A stretch of DNA of 64,000 nt from Zancudomyces culisetae HAW-14-8 (GCA_052426225.1 JBNJNM010000011.1:2666001-2730000), one strand, 5' to 3'; counted from the stretch's first letter, positions 35,389 through 47,803 are shown. Translations and numbers: made by a program. Notes: a model not told the origin generated them from the sequence alone.

Positions 35389-38300
35389 ATGATGAACGGG
35401 AGGGGGACTAAGGAGATTGTTGATATGATTCAACGGACTCCCGAGTATTTTGAATTCATGGGCAAGTTGAAAAAGTTTCACGACTTTATGGGGTAAGTTT
35501 ATCGCGGTTATACAACAGCGAAAAATGGGATACAGATTACTAAAAATGGAATTGAAATACTTGTAAATATAGGACAGAATTGCAGAGTGAACCAACTTTG
35601 GGTAGTCGTAGGATGGATTTATATGTTATATACCAAACAGTGCTAGAAATGGGAGGGTACGAAGTGGTATCGGAAGAAAAACGATGGAAAACCGTGTGTA
35701 AAGGGTATAATTTCCCATCGACGTGTACCAACTCGGCGTTTGTTATAAAGACAGTGTATTATAAAAATTTGTATGATTACGAACAAGTGGATTATTGGAA
35801 GCGGGATATAAATGAGGTGTTGAAGGAAAGACAAGGTGAGATGGCAGGGGAAACGCGAAAGAAAAGAAGAAAGACGGATACTGGAATGGGAATGGATACA
35901 ATGAATGCGAGTTCAGAACAGCGACGAAAAAGTAGAAAGAGTAGAGGATATGAAGGTGGGGAATTTCGAAGAAGTTTGAGGCAGGCGGGCGGAATAAGTT
36001 ATAAGGAGGACGGTAGTGGTGGAGAGTATAGCGAAGACGGAAAAGAATCAACACGTCGAGAAGAAAAGGCGGGTGTGATGGGAGGCGTAGGAATTATGGG
36101 TATGGGAATGGGAATGGGGGCAAGAATGGGTTCTGGAGTAGGAATGGGAACAGGAGCGGGGACGGGAACAGGGACAGGAACAGGAACAGGAACAGGAGCG
36201 GGGGTAATGGATACGAGAGCGGCAAGAGATGAAGGCAAAGTAATGTTGAATAAAGAAACAGATATATATGCAGAAAAGGTTCAAAGGGCTCAAAAAATGA
36301 CGAAGGGGTATTTAGAAGCAACCGAAGTAAACATAAGCGATATTACTGGAGGGCCAAGGAGTCGGATAGCATTGGCGCTATTTAGTGACATGCAAAATGA
36401 GGTAGAGTGGGCGTTGAAGCACCTGCTTTTATGGTCGGTTGGAGGGGGTGAAGGGTATGTGATGCTTCAACATACACCGTTCTTGATGGAGGCAATAGTG
36501 TATCAGTTGAAAAAGATCATGGGACAAGGAAGAAGGAGAAGGGGGGGAGGAGAAGAAGAAGAAGAAGATGGTGGTAGAGAACGACGGGGGAAACTGACAA
36601 TAGAGGAGATGATAGGGCAAGGAGGTGAGTGTTACAAAGATGCTGAGAGTGTAGAGAGAGAAACGCTTGGATGTTTGGTGTTGATTATCCGAAATCTTGC
36701 GGCGATGAATGCAGCGAATGCAATATTGCTAGGTACAAATTATGAGATTGTTAGGGAGATTGAGGAAATAATAGTGGGAGGAGAGACGAGTGTTGAGAGC
36801 CAGATAACAAGCATGGAATTTGTAGAGATTTTATTTAATGCGCACTCGTTTTTTACGGGGCGGGAGGAGTTAATAGGTAATGAGAAGGTGGTGGAAAGCT
36901 ATAAGAAGATATGCCAGGCGGTTAGTGAAGAAAAATATTTAGGAAGTGAGGACAAGTCGCAGGTGGTTGAGGCAGTTAATGTGCTGACATCGTGTTTGGT
37001 GTGGACGCCCAAAACGGCAGAGTGGATGTTGATGAGGGAGAGTAGTAGCAAGGTTGAAGCGGTATTTGAACGAATAGTGCAGTTGGTTACATTGACAGAT
37101 CCCGAGCTGGTTGTTTTGGGGTTGAGGTTGTTGCATGAGATGGTGAGAGTGATCAAATCTGTAAATGTACAAAGAGGGTTAGCTATGAAAGCAAGAGAAA
37201 AGGAGAAGGAAAAGGAGAAGGAAAAGGAGAAGGAAAAAGGAAGATTGGGGGTAAATGGACAAAATAAGGAGCAACAGAGTGAGGATATTGGAGAAGAATA
37301 CACACGAGTGATAAATATTGGCAATCGGATGTATACCAAACTAATGTATTTAATAAAATATTGGAGTGATCGACTGTTGGCAGCTCAGAAAAAGAATAAT
37401 GTTAAAGGCGGTGGTGGTAATAATAGCCACAAGGCAACGATTATAGCAACGAAATGGTTGAGGGATAATTATATGGAGAGTATGTATATAGCACCAGGAA
37501 GTGGAATCAGCGAGTGTAAAGTTCCTTTGACGACATTATACGAGTGTTATTTACAGTTTATCAAGGGGACAAGTGATACAGACATGTTGCCAATCAATGT
37601 ATTTACATCGATAGTTCAGTTGACATTTCCAGGATCGGTGGTTAGTACCAATCCAAATATGGCTGGAAATCCGAATGTTAACATGAATGTAAACCAGCAA
37701 GGATTGGCAATGTTTATTGTTTATGTTGTTCCAAAGACTAATTTGTATCTACAAAATCAACAATTGCAATTACAAAAGAGTAGCAAGAATGTGTGTTTGT
37801 GGAAGATTGTAGCAAGCAATAGTAATGATGTAAATGGAATTGGGGTTGGGGTTGGGGTTGGTGGTAATATTGGAAATAGTATGGTGAGATGTGGACATCA
37901 GTTTGAGCAAACTGATAGTAATTCATGGAAGAATCATGTCTTGGCACATATTACAAGTATTTTTGGGAGCAATAAAATCAATACTGGTAATGGCAGTGGT
38001 GTAATGAATGGTGACAGCAACAACCTTTATATGGGAATGTACCAGAGTAATTATACGTGTTTGTGGAGCGAGTGCAACAAGACATTTTACGACTACAATT
38101 CATATTTACTGCATGTATTGACCCATGATCCGTATAATGTGTATGGAATGGTAGGAGATGGTAGTAGTTTGGTAAAAGTAATGGATTACAGTATGTCTAA
38201 TAGCGGTGAGGGTGATGGGAATCAAGATGGAAGCCAGGATGAAGAAGACAGTGAGGATGAAGACGATGATGAGGGGGAGGAGGAGGAGGAGGAGGAGGAG

Positions 38301-38651
38301 CAGGAGGAATTGCAAGAAGATGAAAATGAAAAGCAAAGGGTTGTTGCTAGCCAATCATACTCGCCGTTTATCTTACAAATGTTGGTAACATTGACCAACA
38401 CAATTATTAACTATAATTCGTATGATTTTGGAGGCACAAGTAAAAAGAAGAGTAATAATCAACAGAGTAAAGAAAAAGATACGAGAGGAGGGATTGGGGG
38501 GATTGGGGGGATTGGGGGGATTCGGGGGATAAATGAATATGGACATGGATATGGATATAAAAGCGAGGGATTAAAAAATACGTTGATTGATCTGACGTTT
38601 TTGATGCCAAATCTGTCAACCAAGATATTTTCATGTATTTACTATTTATAA
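35389..38651 (+). CDS. RSC9: RSC/PBAF chromatin-remodelling subunit Rsc9/ARID2 (2 exons)
   Basis: Exon 35389-35492 (IQRTPEYFEFMGKLKKFH), intron 35493-35572, exon 35573-38651. ARID domain (DLYVIYQTVLEMGGY..W), ARM-like region (SRIALALFSDMQNEVEWAL), RFX-like segment (KWLRDNY..LYECY) and two C2H2-type fingers. Confidence 0.85.
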
Positions 38652-39512
38652 TAAAGTGGTTTAGAGAAATAGGAGTTTTAAGTGATTTGTTATTTCGTGA
38701 ATAAAATTAAAAAAAATGGTAATAATTGTAAAGAAAGAAAAAAAGAAAAAAACAATGACACGAAAAAAAAGGGGGAAAGTGGAGAGGAGGAATACAAGGA
38801 GGAGGAGGAATAGGGAGAATGAGATTAAAACACGTTTTGGTAATTGACTTTTTTCTTTCTTTTCTTTTTCTAAATTAGAGGCAAAATTGGAGGTAGGAAG
38901 GTGAGAGGTTAGAAGGGGATAGGCGGAAAAAGGGGGGGGAGAGTTAGTGGTGCATGTGGTAATATAAAAAGACAATAAAATAATAGTGAATGTGGGGAAG
39001 AGTTTGAGTCGAATCGAGTCGAATCGAGTCGGGGAGAGAAAGAGAGAGGGAGAAATTCGTGACTAGAAAGAAATATGAAAATCGTAAAATAGAGAAAATT
39101 AAACGTAAACAAATGTAAATCCAAAAATAAAAAAAATAAAAAAAATTTTTTTTTTTACATGTATTTGAAAATGTAATAGTAAAATAGTAAAATAGAAAAG
39201 AAAAAGAAAATGCGAAAAATGTAGGTTTAGAATTCATTTTTCGTTAATTTTCTAAATATAAAACTGACAATAATTACAAAATCTAAAGAAAAATAAAAAC
39301 AGAAAAATGGGAGGCGGAACAAGAAATTGAATAAAATTAAAAATAAATAGAAAAGTGTAAATAAAAATAAAAAGAAAAACAATACAAAAAGAAAAAGTAA
39401 AAAAAAAAATTTTTTTTTTTCCTCTAGTAATAGTATCCGGTTTGTTTATATTAAAAAAATAATATTAACAACAACAACAACAGCAACAAAATATATTAGT
39501 AATAGTAATAAA

Positions 39513-40847
39513 ATGGCGGATCATGCAGATGATTTGATAGATTATGAGGATGAGGAAGATGTTCTCGTCCAGCACCGGAACGAAACAGTGGCAGGCGAGG
39601 GAGCCAAGCCACAAGAGACAGAAGAGGCCGGAAGTGGCAATAAAGAAACAGCGGAGGACAAGAAAAAGGGAAGTTATGTGGGTGTGCATTCCACAAGTTT
39701 CAAGGACTTTTTGCTAAAACCCGAGTTGTTGCGAGCAATAGTAGATTGTGGATTTGAACATCCTTCAGAAGTACAGCAAGAGTGTATTCCCCAGGCAATT
39801 TTGGGGATGGATGTGTTGTGTCAAGCCAAGTCTGGGTTGGGAAAGACGGCAGTGTTTGTATTGGCGACTTTGCAGCAATTGGAGCCGGTAGATGGAGATG
39901 TTTCGGTAATAGTGTTGTGCCATACCCGCGAATTGGCGTTCCAGATCAAGCATGAGTACTTGCGATTCAGCAAGTATATGCCAGGAGTACGAACAGAGGT
40001 GTTCTTTGGAGGAATGCCAGTGCGCAAGGATATGGAGTTGTTGAAGGATAAGGCACGGTGTCCACACATTGTAGTGGGAACACCAGGGCGAATTTTGGGG
40101 TTGTTGAGGGACAAGAGTTTGCGAACAGGGGCAGTTAAGCATTTTGTGTTTGACGAGTGTGACAAGATGTTGGAGAATTTGGATATGCGACGAGATATCC
40201 AGGATATTTTCCGGGCTACACCACAGAACAAGCAGACAATGATGTTTTCGGCAACGTTGAGTAAGGAGATGCGAGTGGTATGTAAGAAATTCCTTCACGA
40301 AGCACTGGAGATATTTGTTGATGACGAGACAAAGTTGACGTTGCACGGATTGCAACAGTATTATGTGTCATTGGGAGAGGGAGGAAAGAACCGACAATTG
40401 TCAGAGTTGTTGGATACGTTGGATTTCAACCAAGTGGTGATATTTGTAAAGTCAGTAGCACGAGCAAATCAGCTGAACCGGTTGTTGGTGGAGTGCAATT
40501 TCCCATCGGTATGTATCCATTCAGCACTGAACCAAGCGGAGCGTATTAAGCGATACACGGCATTTAAGGAGTTTAATAAGCGGATTATGGTGGCAACGGA
40601 TATATTTGGAAGAGGAATAGATATTGAAAGAGTGAATGTGGTGATAAACTATGATATGTGTGAAGACGCAGATTCATATTTGCATCGAGTGGGGAGAGCA
40701 GGAAGATTTGGTACTAAGGGGTTGGCAATTACTTTTATTAGTAGTGAGGGGGATAAAAAAGTATTGGAAAGTGTACAAGAGAGATTTGAGGTGAATATTC
40801 CTAGTATGCCAGAAAAGATTGAACCATCAACATATATGACATCATAA
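39513..40847 (+). CDS. SUB2: DECD-box RNA helicase Sub2/UAP56
   Basis: [43 protein letters not shown]. Confidence 0.98.
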   Translation: MADHADDLIDYEDEEDVLVQHRNETVAGEGAKPQETEEAGSGNKETAEDKKKGSYVGVHSTSFKDFLLKPELLRAIVDCGFEHPSEVQQECIPQAILGMDVLCQAKSGLGKTAVFVLATLQQLEPVDGDVSVIVLCHTRELAFQIKHEYLRFSKYMPGVRTEVFFGGMPVRKDMELLKDKARCPHIVVGTPGRILGLLRDKSLRTGAVKHFVFDECDKMLENLDMRRDIQDIFRATPQNKQTMMFSATLSKEMRVVCKKFLHEALEIFVDDETKLTLHGLQQYYVSLGEGGKNRQLSELLDTLDFNQVVIFVKSVARANQLNRLLVECNFPSVCIHSALNQAERIKRYTAFKEFNKRIMVATDIFGRGIDIERVNVVINYDMCEDADSYLHRVGRAGRFGTKGLAITFISSEGDKKVLESVQERFEVNIPSMPEKIEPSTYMTS

Positions 40848-40978
40848 AGTTTTAAAATGTTTAACATGTTTATTTATATTTATTTTAATTTAATTTAATT
40901 TAAAATAGTTTTATTTTTAATTAGTGGTTTAAATGAAAAGTAAATAAGAGTAAATAAATGAGTAAAGAAATAAATAAA

Positions 40979-43900
40979 TTAAAGGTTTTTAAGTTCATCC
41001 AAAATAATAGAATTTAAAAGAGATTTATAATGGCTCATTAGATTTGGGGGTAAAAGAGGGGAAAGGGTATTAGGATCAATAATACCAAGGAGTATAGAGG
41101 CTTGAATACGAACATCTTTTTTAGAAGTATTCATTAGATCGACATTAGAAAGGATTTGACGAACGGTAGAAGTAAGAACATTATGAGGAATTAAACCATC
41201 TTGTTGTTGTTGTTGTTGTTGATTTTGTAATTGTAGTTGTTGTTGTAGTTGTTGTTGTAATTGTTGGGGATTATAATTAGAGGAACGTTGAGAAGCAGTA
41301 GAATCTGGGATAAAAGAACTGAGATTTGCAACAAAAGCAGCTTCAGAAGAGAATTGAGGAGTGCTAGTATTTGTAATTTGTTGTTGTTGCTGTTGTTGTT
41401 GTTGTTGTTGTTGTAACTGTTGTTGTTGTTGTTGTAATTGAATAGGAGGAGGTAGAGGTTGTTGAAGAGACATTTGTGGTTGTTGTAGTTGTGGTGGGGA
41501 AATGATTGGATGAGTAGTACCATGACTATGGATTGGCAACATAGGAGTAATTGATCTAAATTGTGATTGTAATTGTGGTTGTTGTAAAGAGGGAGTAGGA
41601 GGAGCAATAGGCATAGATGTAGGCATAGATGTAGGCATAGGTATAGGTATAGATGTAGACAAGTTGGGAGTCATTGATCTATGTTGTTGAGAAATAAAAG
41701 GAGCAGGGGTACCAGGAGTAGCAGCTGGATAATAAATAAGAGTAGAATTAGTATTCAAGTTTTGAATAGGAGAAGGTAAAATACCAGAAGAAGCAAAAGA
41801 AGAACGATTAATTTGTTGTAATTGCATTTGAGAGAATCGTTGTTGTTCTATTTGAGATTGTCGTTGTAGTTGTAGCAGTTGTTGTTGTTGTTGTTGTTGG
41901 TTTTGGTTTTGTTGGTTTTGTTGTTGAGGATTATAATTAACAGAATTAAGTTCCCACATTAATTGATTTTCATAATCAGTCCATTTAGACATTACAATAC
42001 TAGCAGGATCGAAATGATCATCATCATCATTACTTCCACCACCACCACCACCATGAGAAAGATTTTGACCTTTTGCACCTTGAATTAATCTAGTACTTCC
42101 CCAAGAGAAATCATCGAAATGCCAGAATGAATAAACAGGGATAGCAAAACTGAATAAAGGAATAGCCAATAGGTAAATAACCATCCAACCGATATGTTGC
42201 CATTGACGTCTCAGAATAAAGACCAGGGCTTGCATTCCATAAATGGCAGCCAAGAGGTATAGAGAGATATAACTACTGTTGTAGTATTGGGCATTGACGA
42301 GTTGGTAAATCAAAATTCCCAAATAGGCGACGGTGGCAGGCATGACCAAGGTAGAAATCAAATCAATAAAGACGACAAAGCGCATGGAAAAACAACAGAA
42401 TCCACACATGTTTGGCAAAAACATCAGTTCAAACAGGTTATGGACAGTGGAATTGATCCATCTTCGACGTTGTGACAGCAAGACGTTCCAGGAATTTGGA
42501 GCATGGGTGTCACATTTGGCTTCACTGACAAACTTGTTTTTGTAGTAACCGAAATGTTTCAACATGACAGTGGTTAGGTACCGATCTTCTCCAAGTAACA
42601 AAAGGTTCTTTAAATGTAGAGTATCGACTTTGTTTGATGAATAATCGTCAATAACAGCATCGCTAATCAGTAGTGGTTTTACATTTGTAAAGCTTTCTCC
42701 ATCACTACTGGATTTCAACCGGTACATACTGAAACATCCTGGCAGACAAGTAACCGTTCCAAACAATGATTCGAACGCCTTGGATAGGTAATGGGCTATA
42801 TAGTACTCGTATACTTGCATCATTGTAATCCAGCTTTCCTTGGCATTGGCTAGTCTGGTCTCTCCACAAATACCCATGATTTTGCTATCGTGCTGCATTG
42901 AACTCAACATTCGAACCAACGAGTCTGGGTATACGTACGTATCAGCATCAACAAAGAATACCATTTGGTAATAGCTTGGGTTGACGCCAATGACGTTTTT
43001 GATTTGGTGGAACATTTCCAATTCCAATGGAGTCATTGGAGAATTGAAATATACCTTGTTGAAGAACCTCATCAGAATAATTTGTGAATCTCTTTTACCT
43101 CGGTTTCCTGGTCGATTGCTAGATGCCACTTCCTGAGGTGTACCGCACTTGGCAATTACCAAGTATGGTACTACATGGCCTCCGACCTCATACAACCCAC
43201 TAAACACCTTGGCCATGTTGTGTTGTCTGGCTCCCTCAGCCAACGATATGTAACTAAGAGCCTCATTACTATCAATCAACTCGGCATTGTTGATGTTGTT
43301 TTTCGTTTTGACACTGCCTCCCGATCCATAATCAGAACCAGAACCAGGACCAGAACCGGGACCAGATGAGGAATTTCGGTTTACAATATCCAGTACTATT
43401 CGGGGTGTTGGTCGGTCATTTCCTGATCCCATAATCATTCCATCACATACAATAAACAACAACTTTCGTTTATCGTCATATTTAAGACGTGCCAAACTGT
43501 CAATAGTAAACCGTAGAGATTCTTCACCTTCGGTATAACATGGAACATTGCAAATGACAAAGGTATCCATGCCTTCAGGTTCTCTTTTACTGGTAAATTG
43601 TAAACTGGCCAAAAACTTGACCAAGATAATCAACACTATAAACACCGAGCCCGCAAGCAACATGTAGTTGGCCACATAACAATTAACCGATTTTCTCCTG
43701 TCAACATCTCCTACATAAAACACCGACCGCAGACATTGGTAGTTCATTTCTCCCTTTTCAGCATCTTGTTGTATAAACTTGCTCCACTCCTCACTAATGT
43801 CCTTTCCTGGATTCATTTGAAACATTATTCGTACCTCGTCACTTAAAAACTCTCTAGTTGATACTGTGCTTGTATCATTGGTTACTCCCTCTGGTGTCAC

Positions 43901-46900
43901 TACAAATGGTGCTCCTGATGCATTGATATAGTCTGATAAATCATATACTCGCCCATTAATAATTGACCGGTACTTGGATCTACTAGGTGCTTGTGACGCT
44001 GTACCCAAACTAGCCTTCAACAAATCTCCCGGATCTATTCCTATCCGTCCAGCACTATGGTTTTGTCTCAGCACTCGCATCAGGTAATATTGGTAATAGT
44101 TATACCCTGAGGGATCGGTTGAATGCTTATACCATCGGTGGTCATGGTAATAACTGTCTGAATATGGCACTGGTTTATCCTGCATTGATAATCGCGGATC
44201 TATATTCATTCCTGGACATGCAAAACTCAGTTGCAGTGGGAATAGGCTTCCCAAATCTCGACCCAAATAATTTCCCTTCACCAACAAATCAAATGTCACC
44301 CCATGATGGTCAAATCCGGTTATGGAAAACACCTCTCCACGAACCGAGATCAATGCATCCTTGGCTGTATTATGACCCAGTAATTCTTGTGTTGAATATA
44401 CTTGTTGCTTTGGACACAATAACAGTCCAAATACTCCTATCCAAAAGATCACAAATGCACAACTCAAAAATATCAACATACACAGTGTCACCTTTTCTCG
44501 CCATGCTATTTGTTGGCTATATGTACGCAACCCAAAACATGATTTGAGTACAAATGATGGAACCCACCACGTAAATAAGTATGCTATAAATACCCATACT
44601 TTTCTTGTTTTACTAGCTTTCTCCTTTTTCTTTTTCTTTTCCTTTTCCCTTTTTTTTGCTCTTTGCTTTTCTTGATTTTGCAAATTTTCCTGTTCTTTTT
44701 GTCTCTCCTCCTTCTCCCTCTCTTTATCTTTCTCTCCATTATCTATTTCCATTGGTGTTGGCATTGCCATTGCCATTGTATTGCTTCCTTGTATCATATC
44801 TTGTCCAAATTCTGACATTGCATCTCCTTCTCTTTTAATCCCCAACGTCTTTAAATCCAAACTCTTCCAACAATTAAAACTTATAAATACTTTGTTTTTA
44901 CCTATACATAAATCCAAATCACTAAGTTTTAACTGACTTTTCAATTCGCTTATTTTTTCTTTAGCTTCTCCCCCTCCTCTTCCATCCCTTTCCCCTTCTC
45001 CTTCCCCTTCTCCTTCTTTGTTTCCTTTTTTATTCTTGTTACTCTTTTTTCCAAACATTGTCACGTTTTTCTTTACCACATCACTAATTATATCTTCATA
45101 TCTACTAACAAAATCCTTATGAACCATTGCTGCTGCAAATTCCACTCGCTTTCGTCGTACCACATCTCCCAAATTATAAATTCTTACTTGTGACTTTATA
45201 AACTTGTAATCCACTACACTCTTCCCTTCATTACTTGGCTTTATACACACTACAATCCATGGTAATGTATCATCTAATCGTGTTATCATTTCCGTCATGG
45301 TCTTTTGTAATTTCGAAACTACACATCCTGTCTTTTTTGATTTAGTCATACTTCCCATCCCCGCCCCTATTCCTCCTCCTCCTCCTCCTCCTCCTACTCC
45401 ACTTCTACTTGTTACGCTAATATTCATATTTGCTCCTGATATTTTACTTTGGTTAAGATTTTCTCTTTGTGTAAATAATCCTCCTATAAATGAATACATT
45501 GCTCCTTCACCTTTACTTCTTGTTCCTCCTCCATTACCCAAGTAATCTCGTGTTTCTTTACCCAGATATAATCCACTCAATTCCTCTGCCTCATCTTCTC
45601 GATTAAATTCCACAAATTCTTCCATATTATATACTTCCTGTCCCCAGTAATGTGCCACTCCAAATCTGTTATGTCTACTGAGATTGTATAATCCTGCACC
45701 ACTACCCTTTTTCCCTCCACTACCAAATGTTGGTTTTTTACTACCTTCTTTACCTTCTTTTTCTCCTTCCTTTTCTCCTTCCTCTTCCATATCTCTCAAT
45801 CTATTAGCTCCTGTAAGACTAGTACTTGCTCTCGAAATTCTAATCACTCCACTACTATTGATAAAATATTCATTTGCCTCATTTTCCGAATTATTCACGA
45901 ACGCGTTATACAATTCTTCAACCTGTTGTTGCTCATCACTACTCTCGTTAAACTCCTCTATATCCTTCTTATTCCCCCTTGTTATCACTTGTACCTGCTT
46001 GCTCATCAACGAAAACAACCCTACATGTGGTCTCATAAACACATCCAAACACTCTGTACGGTCCTTGTATTTTACCACTGGAACTATTTGAATTCCTTCC
46101 GCTGCATAATCCTCGTTCCCTACTACAAACACTTGATGCGTTATAAAATGCATCAGTCTCTCATTCACATAATTCATCTGCATTCGGTCAAACCCACTCT
46201 TCACACTCTTCTCCATCATAAATCCTGGATTATCCATCATTGCTATAATCGTATTGTTACTATGTCCTCTCCCTCCTTCATCAGTACCTGCTCCATCCCC
46301 CATCAAAAGTGCTGATTGACTACCCATCACCCCTTCCACCTCCCCCACATTCTCATTAACACTATCTGTTACCCAATCCACAAGTCGTTTGTATATCATC
46401 CGCGCCATCCATCCCTTTCGCTTACTTGCCTCTACCTCATCAAGCTTCACTTTTACTCGCTGCTTACCAATCTCCTTTGTCTTTGTTGTCAATATCTCTT
46501 GCAACATTTGCTCTGTAATTCCCAAATTCTTTAATCCTGGAATATCTCCCATTTTTGTAGCCAATCCTAACGACCCTTGTCCTCCCATATCTCTATCTCT
46601 ATCTCTATCTCTATCTCCGTACCCATATCCATATCCATATCCATACGATCCACCACCTGTTCCTCCCTGATTCCTCTTGAATCTAACCTTTGATAATGCC
46701 ATAATTCCTGCTATCACCTTAAATATCGAGTCTGTCATTTTACCTCCAAGTCCTATCTTCTTCAAACTTTGTACCATTTCATCATACTCTTCCTGGTACT
46801 GCATCCGTAACTGATACTCTGATTCCCCACCTATCATCAACTTGGAGTCAATCCCATATTCTTCTCGCTTATTCTCTGGTGCCCCATTTATCAATGTTCT

Positions 46901-47803
46901 AAATACTTTAAATCCACGACTATATGCACCACTACCACTACCATCTTTTCCTTTTCCCCTTCCACTTCCACTACCACCACCACTTCCACTTCCACCTCCC
47001 ATACCACCACCCGGTGATCCTGGTAAACCCATCCCTTCTTCATCTCCAATTACTCCCGCTCGATTTGCTATTCTTGATGTTTCCAGCATATAAACCCTAG
47101 TTTTTCCCCCTACCACGCTTCCTTCTTCCTCATCAAACATTATCTCTTGATACACTCCCGCTCTGCTAGCATTGTAACTTTGTCCTACTTTTGCACTAAT
47201 AAGCTCTGAAATAACTCTTTCTCCCGCTAGTATTCTGTCTCCAACATCACTTCCTCCTCCCCTCATTTCTTCCTCTGTCACTCCTTGTTGCAAATACTGT
47301 GGTTGTTTTTTCATTTCAATCAACATCCTAAGTGCCAACCTTCTCTGTTGCGTCTTTCCACTTCCACTCATCCCAGTAAAAATTATCGATTGATTCAGTT
47401 CTGTTTGCCTCATGTGGAAATATGCAGACTCTACTATTTTGAATATGCTTGCCTCTAACTCCTCACCCCATGTTGAACCAACTTGTGTTTGTGGTGATGT
47501 GTGTAGCTGTCCCCCCATTCTATTATAGTTTTCTATATATCTTTTCATATTGGCATCTCCATAAATTTCACTATTTGTATGCTCCTCCGTCCCCATTCCC
47601 ATTCCCATCCCTACTCTCAACCCTAGCCCTGATATTGGTTTCTTGCCTTCTACGGTATTATCAAGACATATTGATACTAGCATTCGATCTCCTATTTGCG
47701 TATACGGCTTGCTGACTGGCTTTGTGCCATATCGCTCTACTATGGCCTTTGCAACTTCTTCATCCGTTATGGTTCCTGCTGTCTTTCTTTTACTTAGATC
47801 CAT
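40979..47803 (-). CDS. Chitin synthase with N-terminal myosin motor-like domain (class V type)
   Basis: P-loop GMSGSGKT, switch-like NASRAG and DNPGF, AWREK transmembrane segment, cytochrome b5-like regions, GT2 motifs (GKRDSQ, VDADT, TCLPGCF, GEDRYLT, QRRRW) and a C-terminal DEK_C-like domain. Confidence 0.95.
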   Translation of the reverse strand: MDLSKRKTAGTITDEEVAKAIVERYGTKPVSKPYTQIGDRMLVSICLDNTVEGKKPISGLGLRVGMGMGMGTEEHTNSEIYGDANMKRYIENYNRMGGQLHTSPQTQVGSTWGEELEASIFKIVESAYFHMRQTELNQSIIFTGMSGSGKTQQRRLALRMLIEMKKQPQYLQQGVTEEEMRGGGSDVGDRILAGERVISELISAKVGQSYNASRAGVYQEIMFDEEEGSVVGGKTRVYMLETSRIANRAGVIGDEEGMGLPGSPGGGMGGGSGSGGGSGSGRGKGKDGSGSGAYSRGFKVFRTLINGAPENKREEYGIDSKLMIGGESEYQLRMQYQEEYDEMVQSLKKIGLGGKMTDSIFKVIAGIMALSKVRFKRNQGGTGGGSYGYGYGYGYGDRDRDRDRDMGGQGSLGLATKMGDIPGLKNLGITEQMLQEILTTKTKEIGKQRVKVKLDEVEASKRKGWMARMIYKRLVDWVTDSVNENVGEVEGVMGSQSALLMGDGAGTDEGGRGHSNNTIIAMMDNPGFMMEKSVKSGFDRMQMNYVNERLMHFITHQVFVVGNEDYAAEGIQIVPVVKYKDRTECLDVFMRPHVGLFSLMSKQVQVITRGNKKDIEEFNESSDEQQQVEELYNAFVNNSENEANEYFINSSGVIRISRASTSLTGANRLRDMEEEGEKEGEKEGKEGSKKPTFGSGGKKGSGAGLYNLSRHNRFGVAHYWGQEVYNMEEFVEFNREDEAEELSGLYLGKETRDYLGNGGGTRSKGEGAMYSFIGGLFTQRENLNQSKISGANMNISVTSRSGVGGGGGGGGIGAGMGSMTKSKKTGCVVSKLQKTMTEMITRLDDTLPWIVVCIKPSNEGKSVVDYKFIKSQVRIYNLGDVVRRKRVEFAAAMVHKDFVSRYEDIISDVVKKNVTMFGKKSNKNKKGNKEGEGEGEGERDGRGGGEAKEKISELKSQLKLSDLDLCIGKNKVFISFNCWKSLDLKTLGIKREGDAMSEFGQDMIQGSNTMAMAMPTPMEIDNGEKDKEREKEERQKEQENLQNQEKQRAKKREKEKKKKKEKASKTRKVWVFIAYLFTWWVPSFVLKSCFGLRTYSQQIAWREKVTLCMLIFLSCAFVIFWIGVFGLLLCPKQQVYSTQELLGHNTAKDALISVRGEVFSITGFDHHGVTFDLLVKGNYLGRDLGSLFPLQLSFACPGMNIDPRLSMQDKPVPYSDSYYHDHRWYKHSTDPSGYNYYQYYLMRVLRQNHSAGRIGIDPGDLLKASLGTASQAPSRSKYRSIINGRVYDLSDYINASGAPFVVTPEGVTNDTSTVSTREFLSDEVRIMFQMNPGKDISEEWSKFIQQDAEKGEMNYQCLRSVFYVGDVDRRKSVNCYVANYMLLAGSVFIVLIILVKFLASLQFTSKREPEGMDTFVICNVPCYTEGEESLRFTIDSLARLKYDDKRKLLFIVCDGMIMGSGNDRPTPRIVLDIVNRNSSSGPGSGPGSGSDYGSGGSVKTKNNINNAELIDSNEALSYISLAEGARQHNMAKVFSGLYEVGGHVVPYLVIAKCGTPQEVASSNRPGNRGKRDSQIILMRFFNKVYFNSPMTPLELEMFHQIKNVIGVNPSYYQMVFFVDADTYVYPDSLVRMLSSMQHDSKIMGICGETRLANAKESWITMMQVYEYYIAHYLSKAFESLFGTVTCLPGCFSMYRLKSSSDGESFTNVKPLLISDAVIDDYSSNKVDTLHLKNLLLLGEDRYLTTVMLKHFGYYKNKFVSEAKCDTHAPNSWNVLLSQRRRWINSTVHNLFELMFLPNMCGFCCFSMRFVVFIDLISTLVMPATVAYLGILIYQLVNAQYYNSSYISLYLLAAIYGMQALVFILRRQWQHIGWMVIYLLAIPLFSFAIPVYSFWHFDDFSWGSTRLIQGAKGQNLSHGGGGGGSNDDDDHFDPASIVMSKWTDYENQLMWELNSVNYNPQQQNQQNQNQQQQQQQLLQLQRQSQIEQQRFSQMQLQQINRSSFASSGILPSPIQNLNTNSTLIYYPAATPGTPAPFISQQHRSMTPNLSTSIPIPMPTSMPTSMPIAPPTPSLQQPQLQSQFRSITPMLPIHSHGTTHPIISPPQLQQPQMSLQQPLPPPIQLQQQQQQLQQQQQQQQQQQQITNTSTPQFSSEAAFVANLSSFIPDSTASQRSSNYNPQQLQQQLQQQLQLQNQQQQQQQDGLIPHNVLTSTVRQILSNVDLMNTSKKDVRIQASILLGIIDPNTLSPLLPPNLMSHYKSLLNSIILDELKNL
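41200..41930 (-). repeat. (CAA)n clusters encoding poly-Gln tracts in the chitin synthase tail
   Basis: Several (TTG)n runs on the + strand, near 41200-41270, 41379-41435 and 41880-41925. Confidence 0.9.

Noticed and set aside
39765-40355. Long antisense ORFs over SUB2, and similar ones over chitin synthase, NOG2 and FBP1
   Set aside because: Shadow frames produced by biased codon usage of the real genes.
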